A stretch of DNA of 64,000 nucleotides from an uncultured Planctomycetales bacterium (GCA_964489065.1 CAZAXH010000005.1:26094-90093), one strand, 5' to 3'. Positions 10,146 to 19,028 are shown, numbered from the stretch's first letter. Numbers and translations: made by a program. The notes: a model not told the origin generated them from the sequence alone.

Positions 10146-10398
10146 TTTTATTCAATGAGCATTTAGTTTACACGACCGAAGGGAGTGTAAACTAGAAATG
10201 CGAATTGATCCTTCAGGGCGAGAGAGCCCAAGCGAACGAGCCGAAGGATGGTGGTTTCAATACATGACCCAGGGAGTGTAAACTAGAAATGCGAATTGAT
10301 CCTGAGGGCGAGAGAGCCCAAGCGAACGAGCCGAAGGATGGTGGTTTAATCCCCCGCAGCTTGCTACGGGGGATTGGGTCCAGAGCTTGCTGTGGGGG
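10146..10398 (+). repeat. Structured intergenic repeat element, copy A; contains two tandem ~91-nt units (10181-10257 and 10272-10347) and two 3' hairpins with an AGCTTGCT loop
   Basis: This is near-identical to 29047-29220 (ttttattcaatgagcattta[g/a]tttacacgaccgaagggagtgtaaa...gcgaattgatcc...aagcgaacgagccgaaggatgg...ccccgcagcttgct...gagcttgct...gggg). It has internal inverted repeats (tttacac/gtgtaaa; atccttc/gaaggat; gggc-gagaga-gccc). No ORF is conserved between copies. Confidence 0.7.
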
Positions 10399-10468
10399 TC
10401 ATGCCTTTGATTTCCTGATTTTTGGCCTTCTTATTCCGGGGATCGCCCAGGCCGACGACATCCGTGAT

Positions 10469-10993
10469 GTGAAGCCTCCTGTTGCTTTGCCCGGGTCTCA
10501 GGGAATTTGGATCGCGGTGCTGATTCTGCTTTTCCTGGGAGCGTTGGCGTGGGCGTTGCGGACCATGTCGCGCCGGCGTTCGGCCCCGCCCCCGGCTGCC
10601 CCGCCTCCGCCTCCCTGGGAGGTGGCCCTTCAGCGTCTCCAAGCCTTGAAGGATGCGGGGTTCCCCGGGGGGGAGGACGTGAAGACGTTTTACACGGAAT
10701 TATCCGATATCCTTCGCCGGTATATGGAAGGGCGTTTTCAGATTAAGGCCCCGGAGATGACGACCGAAGAGTTTTTGGCTCGTCTGAAGAATACCCCCGC
10801 CCTCGATAATCACCATAAATTATCTTTGCAGGATTTTTTGAATTGTTGTGACAGGGTGAAGTTCGCCAGGTTCTCATCGTCGGTTTCGGAGATGGAGCAC
10901 GGACTGAATTTGGTCTGGTGGCTGGTTTCAGAAACGCAGCCGCCGGCCTCGCACGCCGGGAATGGTGAACAACGCGTGATGGTGTCAACTTAG
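10469..10993 (+). CDS. DUF4381-like membrane protein of the Bat operon (start uncertain)
   Basis: A hydrophobic anchor, IWIAVLILLFLGALAWAL, is followed by a Pro-rich linker and the C-terminal EEFLARLKNTPA...LQDFLNCCDRVKFARF. Its position between DUF58 and BatA matches canonical Bat operons. The track ORF start (10289) lies inside the repeat element and is rejected; the GTG at 10469 is the first plausible start. Confidence 0.5.
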   Translation: MKPPVALPGSQGIWIAVLILLFLGALAWALRTMSRRRSAPPPAAPPPPPWEVALQRLQALKDAGFPGGEDVKTFYTELSDILRRYMEGRFQIKAPEMTTEEFLARLKNTPALDNHHKLSLQDFLNCCDRVKFARFSSSVSEMEHGLNLVWWLVSETQPPASHAGNGEQRVMVST

Positions 10994-11018
10994 GAAGTTC
11001 TGACAGACAGGACGAACT

Positions 11019-12014
11019 ATGATTCTGAAAACGCCGTGGGTTTTGGCCCTTATCCTCGTGATTGTGCCGTTGATGGTCTGGCGGAACCGGAAATCCAAAA
11101 CGCCTTCGGTGCGTTTCCCGTCCGGGCACTTGGTGCGTCACTTGCCCCGCAGCTGGAAAATCCGATTCATGGGGAGTTTGTTTGTCCTGAGGATCCTGAC
11201 GGTCGTGTTGTTCCTTGTGGCCCTGGCCGGGCCGCGCGCCGTGCGGGAAGAAACCAAATACCATTTTGAAGGCATCGATATTATGCTGGCGCTGGACGCT
11301 TCCCGCAGCATGGCCACCGAAGATTTTTCTCTCCTGGGGAAACGCTATAACCGCCTGGATATCAGCAAAAAAGTGGTGGAAGAGTTTATCGACGGGCGCC
11401 AGCATGACCGCATCGGACTCGTGGCTTTTGCCGGTCTGGCTTACACGGTGTGCCCGCTGACCAAGGACTATGTTTGGCTGAAAGAGAATCTTAAACGGAT
11501 TGAGTTTGACCTGATTAAAGACGGCACGGCGATTGGCTCTGCCACCAGTACGGCTTTGATCCGTTTGCGGGAGAGCGAGGCTAAGAGTAAAGTTGTTGTC
11601 CTGCTTACCGATGGGGTTAACAACGCAGGAACGGTGGATCCAGTGGAAGCGGCTCATGCGGCCCAGGCGTACGGGGTAAGAATTTATACAATCGGCGCGG
11701 GCACGAAAGGGTACGCGCCTTATCCCGTGGAGGATATCTTTGGCCGGACGCGGTATCAGAAAGTGATCACGGATGTGGATGAAGACACCCTGCGGGAAAT
11801 GGCCCGTGTTTCCGGGGGAAAGTATTTCCGCGCTACGGACACATCGTCCCTGCGGCAGATTTACAAGGAAATTGATCAAATGGAGAAAACGCCCTTTGAA
11901 GAAACCGGGTACCGGGATTATCAAGAGTTGTTCCCTTATGTCCTGACGGCGGCTTTGATATTGCTGGGGGTGGAATTATTATTAGCCCACACAGTTTGGT
12001 TGAGGGTTCCTTAA
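11019..12014 (+). CDS. batA: BatA (VWA domain membrane protein)
   Basis: N-terminal TM helices precede the VWA MIDAS motif IMLALDASRSMATED and, later, VVLLTDGVNNAG. Confidence 0.8.
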   Translation: MILKTPWVLALILVIVPLMVWRNRKSKTPSVRFPSGHLVRHLPRSWKIRFMGSLFVLRILTVVLFLVALAGPRAVREETKYHFEGIDIMLALDASRSMATEDFSLLGKRYNRLDISKKVVEEFIDGRQHDRIGLVAFAGLAYTVCPLTKDYVWLKENLKRIEFDLIKDGTAIGSATSTALIRLRESEAKSKVVVLLTDGVNNAGTVDPVEAAHAAQAYGVRIYTIGAGTKGYAPYPVEDIFGRTRYQKVITDVDEDTLREMARVSGGKYFRATDTSSLRQIYKEIDQMEKTPFEETGYRDYQELFPYVLTAALILLGVELLLAHTVWLRVP

Positions 12015-12015
12015 A

Positions 12016-13038
12016 ATGCGTTTTGTTATCCCTGAGATTTTTTACGGTCTCTGGGCCGTGGTGCTTTTGGCGGCTTTCCTGAGCTTAGCCAGGCGACGGC
12101 GGGAAAAGTTTTATGAGCGCTTTGCGGACCACGGGCTCTTTTCGGACCTCGCGCCCACGCTGGTTCCCGGCCGCTATGCGTTGAAGCACGGGCTGCTTCT
12201 CGCGGTTTTTGTTTTCAGCCTGGTGGCGCTGGCCAGGCCGCAGTGGGGTTATGAAATGAGGGAAATCAAGATGCAGGGGCTGGATATCCTGTTGGTGATC
12301 GACACCTCCCGCAGTATGCTGGCCGATGACGTGAAGCCGAACCGGCTTGAGCGGGCGAAGCTGGCCGTCCGGGATTTCCTTCGGCATCTGGAGGGGGATC
12401 GTGTCGGACTGATCGCCTTTGCCGGCGATGCGTTTTTGATCTGCCCTCTGACCGTCGATTATGGCGGCTTTCTTCTCAGCCTGGATCATTTGGATAAAAA
12501 GAGTATCCCCCGGGGAGGGACCAATATCGCGCAGGCTCTGCGGGAGGCTTTGCGGGAATATGATAATACCCCCAGTCAATACAAAGTGGTGATTATCATT
12601 ACGGACGGGGAGAATTTGGAAGATGACCCGTGGGCAGCCGTGAAAGAAGCCAAAGACAAAGGGGTTAAAATTTATTGTGTCGGGATCGGGACGCAAGCCG
12701 GGGAGCTGATTAAAGACGCGGATATTTTCGGTCAGACGAGTTATGTCAAGGACGAACAGGGGAATATTGTCAAGTCCCGTCTGAATGAGGATTTGCTTCA
12801 GAGGATCGCTCTGGAGACCGGCGGCGTTTATGTCCGGGCTAGCGGCGCGGAATTCGGGTTGGATGTGATTTATGAAAAACAGCTGGCTAAATTGGAGAAG
12901 CGGGACATGGAAAGCGCAATGGCGAAAAGTTATTTTGAACGTTTTCAGTGGCCGCTCGGGTTGGGGTTGGTCTTTTTGTTATGGGAATTTTTTCTGCCTT
13001 TAAGGAGAGAGAACCGCAATGGCCGGCCGGCGTCATGA
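12016..13038 (+). CDS. batB: BatB (VWA domain membrane protein)
   Basis: TM helices precede ILLVIDTSRSMLADD (DxSxS) and VIIITDGENLEDD. There is a 2-nt gap after batA. Confidence 0.8.
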   Translation: MRFVIPEIFYGLWAVVLLAAFLSLARRRREKFYERFADHGLFSDLAPTLVPGRYALKHGLLLAVFVFSLVALARPQWGYEMREIKMQGLDILLVIDTSRSMLADDVKPNRLERAKLAVRDFLRHLEGDRVGLIAFAGDAFLICPLTVDYGGFLLSLDHLDKKSIPRGGTNIAQALREALREYDNTPSQYKVVIIITDGENLEDDPWAAVKEAKDKGVKIYCVGIGTQAGELIKDADIFGQTSYVKDEQGNIVKSRLNEDLLQRIALETGGVYVRASGAEFGLDVIYEKQLAKLEKRDMESAMAKSYFERFQWPLGLGLVFLLWEFFLPLRRENRNGRPAS

Positions 13039-14008
13039 TAGGATAAAGAGGCTGATAAGGGGGTTCGGCTGTCTGTGCCTGGCCGCCGGGGTTAGTGGGG
13101 CGGTGGCGCCGTCTGCCTTGGCTCTGTCACCCCAAAAAAGCATGCGTTTGGGGAATACCCTTTACGAAGGCGGCCATTATGAGGATGCCGCCGCGCAGTA
13201 TCAGGAGGCCCTGAATCAGGAACCGGAATCTCCGCTGATGAATTATAATCTCGGGACGGCACAATACAAGATGAACCATTATGACCAGGCGCGCAATCAT
13301 TTGCAAAAAGCCCTGCTTGCGGAGGGGGATTCCCTTCGTCAGAAAGCCTATTATAATTTGGGGAATGCTTCTTTCCGGCTAAGCCTTCAGCAGGAACCGG
13401 CTGACCTTCAGCAGGCGGTTTCTTCCATGGAAGAGGCGGTGACTTTTTATGAAAACGCTTTTAAAATAGATGACAAAGACCAGGACGCTCATTATAATTA
13501 TGAAATTGCGCGCAGGGAATTAGAGCGGTTGAAGAAAAAAATGGACGAGCAGGAGACGGAGCAGCAGAAAAAAGGCGGGCAGGAAAAACAGGATCAGAGT
13601 TCTGAAAGCCAGGGACAGGATGAACGCCAGGATGAATCACAGCAGGCGAGCGACAGGCCGTCTTCTCCCCGGCAAAAAGATGAAGAACGGGAAGACACTC
13701 CTAAGGAAAACCAAGGGCAGAGCCACAAGCGGGAGCCGGAAACCCAGGACGACCGCCATTCTGATGAGCAGGAGAGGCGGGAGCCAAACGACCAATTCGG
13801 ACAGGACAAATCGGGAGAAGAGGAATCCCCGTCTTCCCCTCCGCAGACAGGCCAGGGGGAGGCCCAGCCTCCCAAACAGCGCGCGTATTTTACTCCCGAG
13901 GAAGCCCGAATGCTTTTGAACAGATACCAGAGCAATGAAGAACCGCAGATGCTTTTTGATTCCGTGCTCCCGCCGGAGTCAGCAGCGCCGGTGGAGAAAG
14001 ACTGGTAG
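13019..14008 (+). CDS. batC: BatC (TPR-repeat protein with acidic/Gln-rich low-complexity C-terminus)
   Basis: A signal/anchor region is followed by TPR-like repeats (YEDAAAQYQEALNQEPESPLMNYNLGTAQYKMNHYDQARNHLQKAL) and then an E/Q/D/K-rich tail. Confidence 0.7.
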   Translation: MAGRRHDRIKRLIRGFGCLCLAAGVSGAVAPSALALSPQKSMRLGNTLYEGGHYEDAAAQYQEALNQEPESPLMNYNLGTAQYKMNHYDQARNHLQKALLAEGDSLRQKAYYNLGNASFRLSLQQEPADLQQAVSSMEEAVTFYENAFKIDDKDQDAHYNYEIARRELERLKKKMDEQETEQQKKGGQEKQDQSSESQGQDERQDESQQASDRPSSPRQKDEEREDTPKENQGQSHKREPETQDDRHSDEQERREPNDQFGQDKSGEEESPSSPPQTGQGEAQPPKQRAYFTPEEARMLLNRYQSNEEPQMLFDSVLPPESAAPVEKDW

Positions 14009-14015
14009 TCCGCGT

Positions 14016-15839
14016 ATGATTTTTCGAAATGTTATTCGCATGGCCCTTGTCGGCTTTGTGTTGTTGTCCTTCGGCCTGTGTCCGGCCTCGGCGGAAGATA
14101 TTTCTGTTACTGCTGAGGTGGACCGGCGGAGTATTGAATTGGGGTCTTTTTGCCAAATGAGAATCACGGTTCAGGGGGAGCAAAAGGTCGAGCCTGTGGT
14201 CTTGCCGAAAATTGAGGGGATGGAAACGCGTTATCTGGGCCCATCCACCAGCATCACGCTGATCAACGGCCAGTATTCCACCTCCCGGGCTTTTCAGTAT
14301 AACCTTTACCCTCTTTCTGAAGGCCGCTATACTATTCCGGCGGTTGACGTGGTTGTGAACGGCAAAACGTATTCCACGGAACCAATTTATATAGACGTCA
14401 CGGCCTCCCAGACCGCGGGGCAGGACCGGTTGAACGGCCCGAAGGATTCTTTGCAGGATAAAATATTTTTAACCTTGTCCGTGCCGCAGCGGGAATATTA
14501 CGTCAACGAACGGGTTCCGGTGACGATGAGGCTTTACATTCAGAACCTGTCGGTCCGCAATGTTCATTATCCGGAAATGGAGCATGTCGGCTTTATATGG
14601 GAGAACTCTCAGGATATTCAGCAAACGGCCGAGATCCTCGGCGGGCTGAAATATGACGTTATTACGTTTTATGCCCAGATTTATCCTACGAGGCCGGGGC
14701 CTTTGGCCCTGGGGCCGGCCGAGATCGTCTGCGATATTCTGTTCAAGAGGCCCGAGGCCCGGTCTCCTTTCGGCCGTGTGGACGGGTTTCTCAACGACAG
14801 CTTTTTCCGGGGCTTGTTTGACGACTATGATCAGCAGACGATTTCAATCAAATCCGCGGATTTAAAAATTTCCGTCCTGCCGCTGCCGGACGAGGGCCGG
14901 CCGAAAGAATTTTCCGGGGCGGTGGGCCATTATGATTTCGACGCCACAGTCACTCCGACGGAAATTAAGGTCGGCGATCCGCTTACTGTGCGCATGACCG
15001 TGAAAGGGACCGGGAATCCCGACGCGGTGCAGATGCCGGCGCTGGCCGGGGAAGGCGCTTTCAAATTCTACGAGCCGCAGGTGACGGAAAACCCGGGCAC
15101 TAAATCCGTGGAACAGGTGGCTATCCCGACGTCTGAGAATATCAAGGCCTTTCCCGCTTTGAGTTTTTCTTATTTTGACACCGATAGCCGTAAATACCGG
15201 ACGATCACCCGGGGGCCGTTCCCGTTAAAGATTGTGAAGCTTCAGGACGGGGAGAAGCTTAAAATCGTTGGGCTGAACAAAGACCCGGAACAACCTTTGG
15301 TTGAATTGGAACCGCTTGGCCAGGATATCCTTTTTATCAAGGATCGGCCCGGCCCGTTTTATTCCAGGGACCGGTTGTTCCTTTTTCAGCGTTTTGGCTT
15401 CTGGCTTCTGGTCATGGTGCTGATTTTGACCTGGGGCGGTTTGTATAGTTATTATCATTTCCACCGCAAACTGGCCACGGATTCCCGTTTCGCACGGCGG
15501 TTTCGCGCTCCCCGCGCGGCAAGAGAGGGGCTGAAAGAAGCCCAGGGTTTCATGACGCAGGGCGACAGCCGGCGGTTTTATGATATTCTGTTTAAAACTG
15601 TGCAGAATTATTTCAGCAATACTTTCCATATCCCGGGTGGCGCGGTGTCGCTGGACGTTGTTCTGGCTGTTTTAAGGGAGAAAAAAGTTCCGGACCCGGT
15701 CCTGGAACAGGTCCGGGCGTTTTATGCGGAATGTGAAAGTGTCCGCTACGCTCTGGTTCAATTGCCCCGGGAACAGATGGCCGGCAGTTTTTCCCGAGTC
15801 ACCGAGATTATCGAATTTATAGAGAAAAACGGCAAATGA
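14016..15839 (+). CDS. batD: BatD (oxygen-tolerance protein)
   Basis: The N-terminal signal peptide is MIFRNVIRMALVGFVLLSFGLCPASA. There is a single TM near residue 480 (FGFWLLVMVLILTWGGLY), and the size and position match BatD. I prefer the start at 14016 to the track's 13935, which overlaps batC. Confidence 0.75.
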   Translation: MIFRNVIRMALVGFVLLSFGLCPASAEDISVTAEVDRRSIELGSFCQMRITVQGEQKVEPVVLPKIEGMETRYLGPSTSITLINGQYSTSRAFQYNLYPLSEGRYTIPAVDVVVNGKTYSTEPIYIDVTASQTAGQDRLNGPKDSLQDKIFLTLSVPQREYYVNERVPVTMRLYIQNLSVRNVHYPEMEHVGFIWENSQDIQQTAEILGGLKYDVITFYAQIYPTRPGPLALGPAEIVCDILFKRPEARSPFGRVDGFLNDSFFRGLFDDYDQQTISIKSADLKISVLPLPDEGRPKEFSGAVGHYDFDATVTPTEIKVGDPLTVRMTVKGTGNPDAVQMPALAGEGAFKFYEPQVTENPGTKSVEQVAIPTSENIKAFPALSFSYFDTDSRKYRTITRGPFPLKIVKLQDGEKLKIVGLNKDPEQPLVELEPLGQDILFIKDRPGPFYSRDRLFLFQRFGFWLLVMVLILTWGGLYSYYHFHRKLATDSRFARRFRAPRAAREGLKEAQGFMTQGDSRRFYDILFKTVQNYFSNTFHIPGGAVSLDVVLAVLREKKVPDPVLEQVRAFYAECESVRYALVQLPREQMAGSFSRVTEIIEFIEKNGK

Positions 15840-16597
15840 AGACAATGATTGTTTTAATAGCTGTGATAGGTGTGATTTACGTCCTGCCGGTCTCGGCGGC
15901 GGAGGGGCCCCGGGACGAGGCCTGGGCCAGCTTTATTAAGGCGGGTTTTGCGTATCAGGAAGGCCAATATGATAAGGCGATCGTCCAGTATGAACACTTG
16001 CGCCAGCAGGGGCTGGTCAGCGGGGCGCTTTATTATAATTTAGCCAACGCTTATTTTAAAAAGGGGCAGATTGGGAAAGCGATCCTGAATTATGAGCGTG
16101 CCCGGGAGATCCTGCCCCGCGATTCCGACGTGCTGTCCAATCATAAGCTGACGCTTTCCCGTAGAGAACAGAATTTCCCCCTGCCCCGCAAGAGCATGAT
16201 ACAAAGAGGGGTGGAAGGCGCTCTGAATTATTACACGGTGAATGAATTTCTTGTCTTAACGGTTTTGTTTACGGTTATGGCCGGGGGCCTTTTCTTGGCG
16301 GCGCTGTTTCTCAACTGGCCGCGGCGGAAAATATGGCCCGTCATTACAATTTGTTTGACATTAAGTGTGTTATGCGTGACCGGGGTTGTCGTTAGAATGC
16401 ATCTCCGGGCCGGGGCGGGTTTTGCCGTTTCATCCACCGAGGCGTTTTTCGAGCCGCGTCCCGACGCCACCGTCCATTTCACGCTTAAGGAGGGGCAGAC
16501 GGTGAAGGTCCTCAAAAGGGAAGGGGCCTGGCTGAAGATCGAGCGGCCTGATCAAAAGGCGGGTTGGGTTGCGGCGGACACGGTTGAAACTATATAA
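15836..16597 (+). CDS. batE: BatE (TPR + C-terminal SH3b-like domain)
   Basis: A signal peptide precedes TPR-like YQEGQYDKAIVQYEHL...YYNLANAYFKKGQIGKAILNYERA, a TM segment and a C-terminal ...VKVLKREGAWLKIERPDQKAGWVAADTVE (SH3b-like). It overlaps the batD stop by 4 nt. Confidence 0.65.
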   Translation: MKTMIVLIAVIGVIYVLPVSAAEGPRDEAWASFIKAGFAYQEGQYDKAIVQYEHLRQQGLVSGALYYNLANAYFKKGQIGKAILNYERAREILPRDSDVLSNHKLTLSRREQNFPLPRKSMIQRGVEGALNYYTVNEFLVLTVLFTVMAGGLFLAALFLNWPRRKIWPVITICLTLSVLCVTGVVVRMHLRAGAGFAVSSTEAFFEPRPDATVHFTLKEGQTVKVLKREGAWLKIERPDQKAGWVAADTVETI

Positions 16598-16698
16598 AGC
16601 GCAGGGCTTTCGATGATCACAACGCATCACGTTCACGCGGGCAGAGATATCTTATGTCCGTAAAATGGTTTTAAGTCAAAACATTATACCGGACCACG

Positions 16699-17058
16699 GT
16701 GCAGGGCCTGCCGGAGAAACTGGACCTTTCTTTCGATCCCGATGCCACTTTGGTGGAGGAGCGGATCCTGCTGATTAAAGCTCACTATGCCCGGGAAGCC
16801 ATGGATTATGCTCGCAGGCGCAGGTGCGTTAACCCTTATAATCAAAAAATGTGCACAACTTACCTCGGTTTTTATGATATTATTGAATTATCCGGAATTC
16901 CTCAGGATAAAACCGAGGTCTTTTCTGCTGCGCGGTTGGTCAGCCGGAAGGTTTCTGATCAAAAAGTCGCCCGGATTTATATCGGGAAACGGCGTGGTAC
17001 TAAACAGATGATCCATAAAAAATTTGTTAATAAGGAATATAAGATGGAGGAAGAATGA
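16699..17058 (+). CDS. Hypothetical protein (119 aa, GTG start)
   Basis: An ORF with no motif I recognise. It overlaps the next gene by 4 nt (ATGA), which suggests translational coupling. Confidence 0.35.
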   Translation: MQGLPEKLDLSFDPDATLVEERILLIKAHYAREAMDYARRRRCVNPYNQKMCTTYLGFYDIIELSGIPQDKTEVFSAARLVSRKVSDQKVARIYIGKRRGTKQMIHKKFVNKEYKMEEE

Positions 17059-17597
17059 GAAGAATACGTAGGGCCCAATGGCTGGCTATCGTGGGAGTCC
17101 TGGTTGTTTGCGCTGCGCTGTGGATCCCGGGGACGCATGCGGCCGGGAAAAAAACGTTCCAAGAATTCTGTGCCCAGCAACATCAGGAAACAGGGAAATG
17201 CCCGGAAGATATTTGCTGGGAAAAAACGGTTGTCGGGGCTGATGAGAAAGACGAGATCCTGTGCCAGCCCCGGGAATGTCCGGATATTTCCGCGGACGCC
17301 TGCCCCAAAGACTACTGTGCGGTCATGGTTAACTGTTCGAACGAGAAGATTTGTCATTATCAGATGCAGGGGGAGAGGGCCCAGTGCGGGGATTTGGCTT
17401 ACGAGGGACAGGATGTGGAGTGCTGCCCCGGGCTTATCCGCCGTTGCGGGATTGAATTTTTAGACGGGACCTGCGATATGGAAGGGCGGGGGTCTATTTA
17501 TAGCCTGCCGATCTGTATCCCTTGCGGCGACGGTTTTTGTACGAATTTTGAAAGCCGGTGTAATTGCCCGGAAGACTGCGGAGAGCCGTTGAAATAA
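17055..17597 (+). CDS. Secreted cysteine-rich protein (~21 Cys in 180 aa), unknown function
   Basis: The signal peptide is MRRIRRAQWLAIVGVLVVCAALWIPGTHAAG. The mature part is packed with Cys, including a CPED(I)C motif near both ends (GKCPEDICW ... CNCPEDCG). It does not match the 4Fe-4S ferredoxin spacing. Confidence 0.5.
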   Translation: MRRIRRAQWLAIVGVLVVCAALWIPGTHAAGKKTFQEFCAQQHQETGKCPEDICWEKTVVGADEKDEILCQPRECPDISADACPKDYCAVMVNCSNEKICHYQMQGERAQCGDLAYEGQDVECCPGLIRRCGIEFLDGTCDMEGRGSIYSLPICIPCGDGFCTNFESRCNCPEDCGEPLK

Positions 17598-17600
17598 AAG

Positions 17601-18758
17601 TTATCCCGCGGGCGATGTGACGGCGCGCAACACTTCTTCCGCCGCCCGGCCGGTGGCCCCGGATTCCCCCAGCAGCTCTTTAACCCGGGTTAATTCTTTT
17701 TTTATCTGTATGCGCTTTTCCGGATTGCCTAATATTTTTATGGCTTCCTGCGCGATCATACTCGCCGTGGCCTCCTGCTGAACGCATTCCGGAACTATTT
17801 TTTTGCCTGCCACGATGTTCACCAGCCCTATCCATGGAATTTTAATAAACATTTTAGCCAGCAGCCAGGTGAGAAACGCGGTTTTGTAGATAACGATCAT
17901 CGGCGCGTTGAGAATGGCGGTTTCCAGTGTCGCTGTCCCTGAAGCCACGAGGCAAAGGGTGCTGGCCTGTATCCCGTCGTAAATGCCGGTCTCCATGATC
18001 CGGACCGGAAGTTTCTGCTGCCGGATGTGCTTTTCCAGCAGGTCCCGGGAAATAGTGGGCGCTTTAAAAAGCAGGAATTGAACCGGGGCCAGTGTCCGGT
18101 CTGTGATTTCCTGTCCGGCTTTAAGCATAATAGGGAGCAGATTGTTGATCTCGTTGCGGCGGGACCCGGGGAGGAGCCCGATGACGGTGTGCCCTTCCGG
18201 GATGCCGTGGGCGCGAAGGTAATCCCGCGGTTCTTGTTCTGTTTTCACGATGTCAACCAGGGGATGACCGACCAGCGTGACATCAATATTATGCCGTGCG
18301 TAAAAGCCTTTTTCAAAAGGGAACAAGACAAGCATCCGGTCGGTGTAGTTCCGGACTGTTTCGACGCGTTTTTCTTTCCAGGCCCAGACCTGGGGGCTGA
18401 TGTAATAAATGACGCGGATACCCAGTTTTTTGATTTCGGGCGCGAGGCGCAGGTTAAAGCCCGGATAGTCCACGAGGATCACGGCGTCGGGCCGGGTGTC
18501 CCGGACGTGCGCGAGCAGGGTATGAAAAATTTTTTTAAATTCCTGATAGTGTTTCAGGACTTCCACAAATCCCACGACGGCCAGGCGGGTTAAATCGGTC
18601 AGAAGTTCAACGCCGGCTTCCGCCATTTGTTGCCCGCCGACGCCGGAAAAGGCGGTCTGGGGACAGCGTTCTTTTATGGCGCGGACCAGGTGAGCCGCGT
18701 GCATGTCTCCGGAAGCTTCTCCGGCCACGATAATGAAATGGGGTTGAGTTTTAGACAT
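17601..18758 (-). CDS. lpxB: Lipid-A-disaccharide synthase
   Basis: The N-terminus FIIVAGEASGDMHAAHLVRAIKE and overall GT-B organisation (…LPGSRRNEI…, …VASGTATLE…) are canonical for LpxB. Confidence 0.85.
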   Translation of the reverse strand: MSKTQPHFIIVAGEASGDMHAAHLVRAIKERCPQTAFSGVGGQQMAEAGVELLTDLTRLAVVGFVEVLKHYQEFKKIFHTLLAHVRDTRPDAVILVDYPGFNLRLAPEIKKLGIRVIYYISPQVWAWKEKRVETVRNYTDRMLVLFPFEKGFYARHNIDVTLVGHPLVDIVKTEQEPRDYLRAHGIPEGHTVIGLLPGSRRNEINNLLPIMLKAGQEITDRTLAPVQFLLFKAPTISRDLLEKHIRQQKLPVRIMETGIYDGIQASTLCLVASGTATLETAILNAPMIVIYKTAFLTWLLAKMFIKIPWIGLVNIVAGKKIVPECVQQEATASMIAQEAIKILGNPEKRIQIKKELTRVKELLGESGATGRAAEEVLRAVTSPAG

Positions 18759-18791
18759 GAATTGATAAAAACGCCTTCGAGAGATTGGCCT

Positions 18792-19019
18792 TTATTTTAA
18801 TGTGAGTATCTTGGTAGACAGATCTTCGGCTTCTTTTTTTGACAAGATAAGCCCCCCGGAAATCCTTATCCATTTCGCCAGCATCTCCCGGTCGGGATAA
18901 TCAAGGGTTTTCGCTGTTTTATTGATATGGCATTCTATCTGCCGGTCCAAGAACCTTTTTGTGTCTGCCCCGAAATAGACTTCACATTCTTTATAAACTT
19001 TGTCATAAAAAGAGGACAT
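18792..19019 (-). CDS. Small hypothetical protein (75 aa), co-oriented downstream of the V4R protein
   Basis: ORF separated from the upstream gene by 9 nt. No motif I recognise. Confidence 0.35.
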   Translation of the reverse strand: MSSFYDKVYKECEVYFGADTKRFLDRQIECHINKTAKTLDYPDREMLAKWIRISGGLILSKKEAEDLSTKILTLK

Positions 19020-19028
19020 GGCAGAACC

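Noticed and set aside
10181-10347. Possible CRISPR array (two direct repeats about 91 nt apart)
   Set aside because: Only two copies, the units are about 76 nt rather than 28-37 nt, the intervening 14 nt cannot be a spacer, and no cas genes are present. It is a tandem duplication within a structured element.
10289-10468. N-terminal 60 aa of the track ORF 10289..10993 (MRIDPEGERAQANEPKDGG...)
   Set aside because: This segment lies inside the repeat element. The in-frame ATG exists only because of an indel in tandem copy 2; the equivalent ATG gives 28 aa in copy 1 and 9 aa at locus B. The real DUF4381 gene likely starts near the GTG at 10469.
10743-11924. 393-aa minus-strand ORF
   Set aside because: Antisense to batA. 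Its translation is Arg/Pro/His-rich low-complexity sequence, which is characteristic of non-coding frames in GC-rich DNA.
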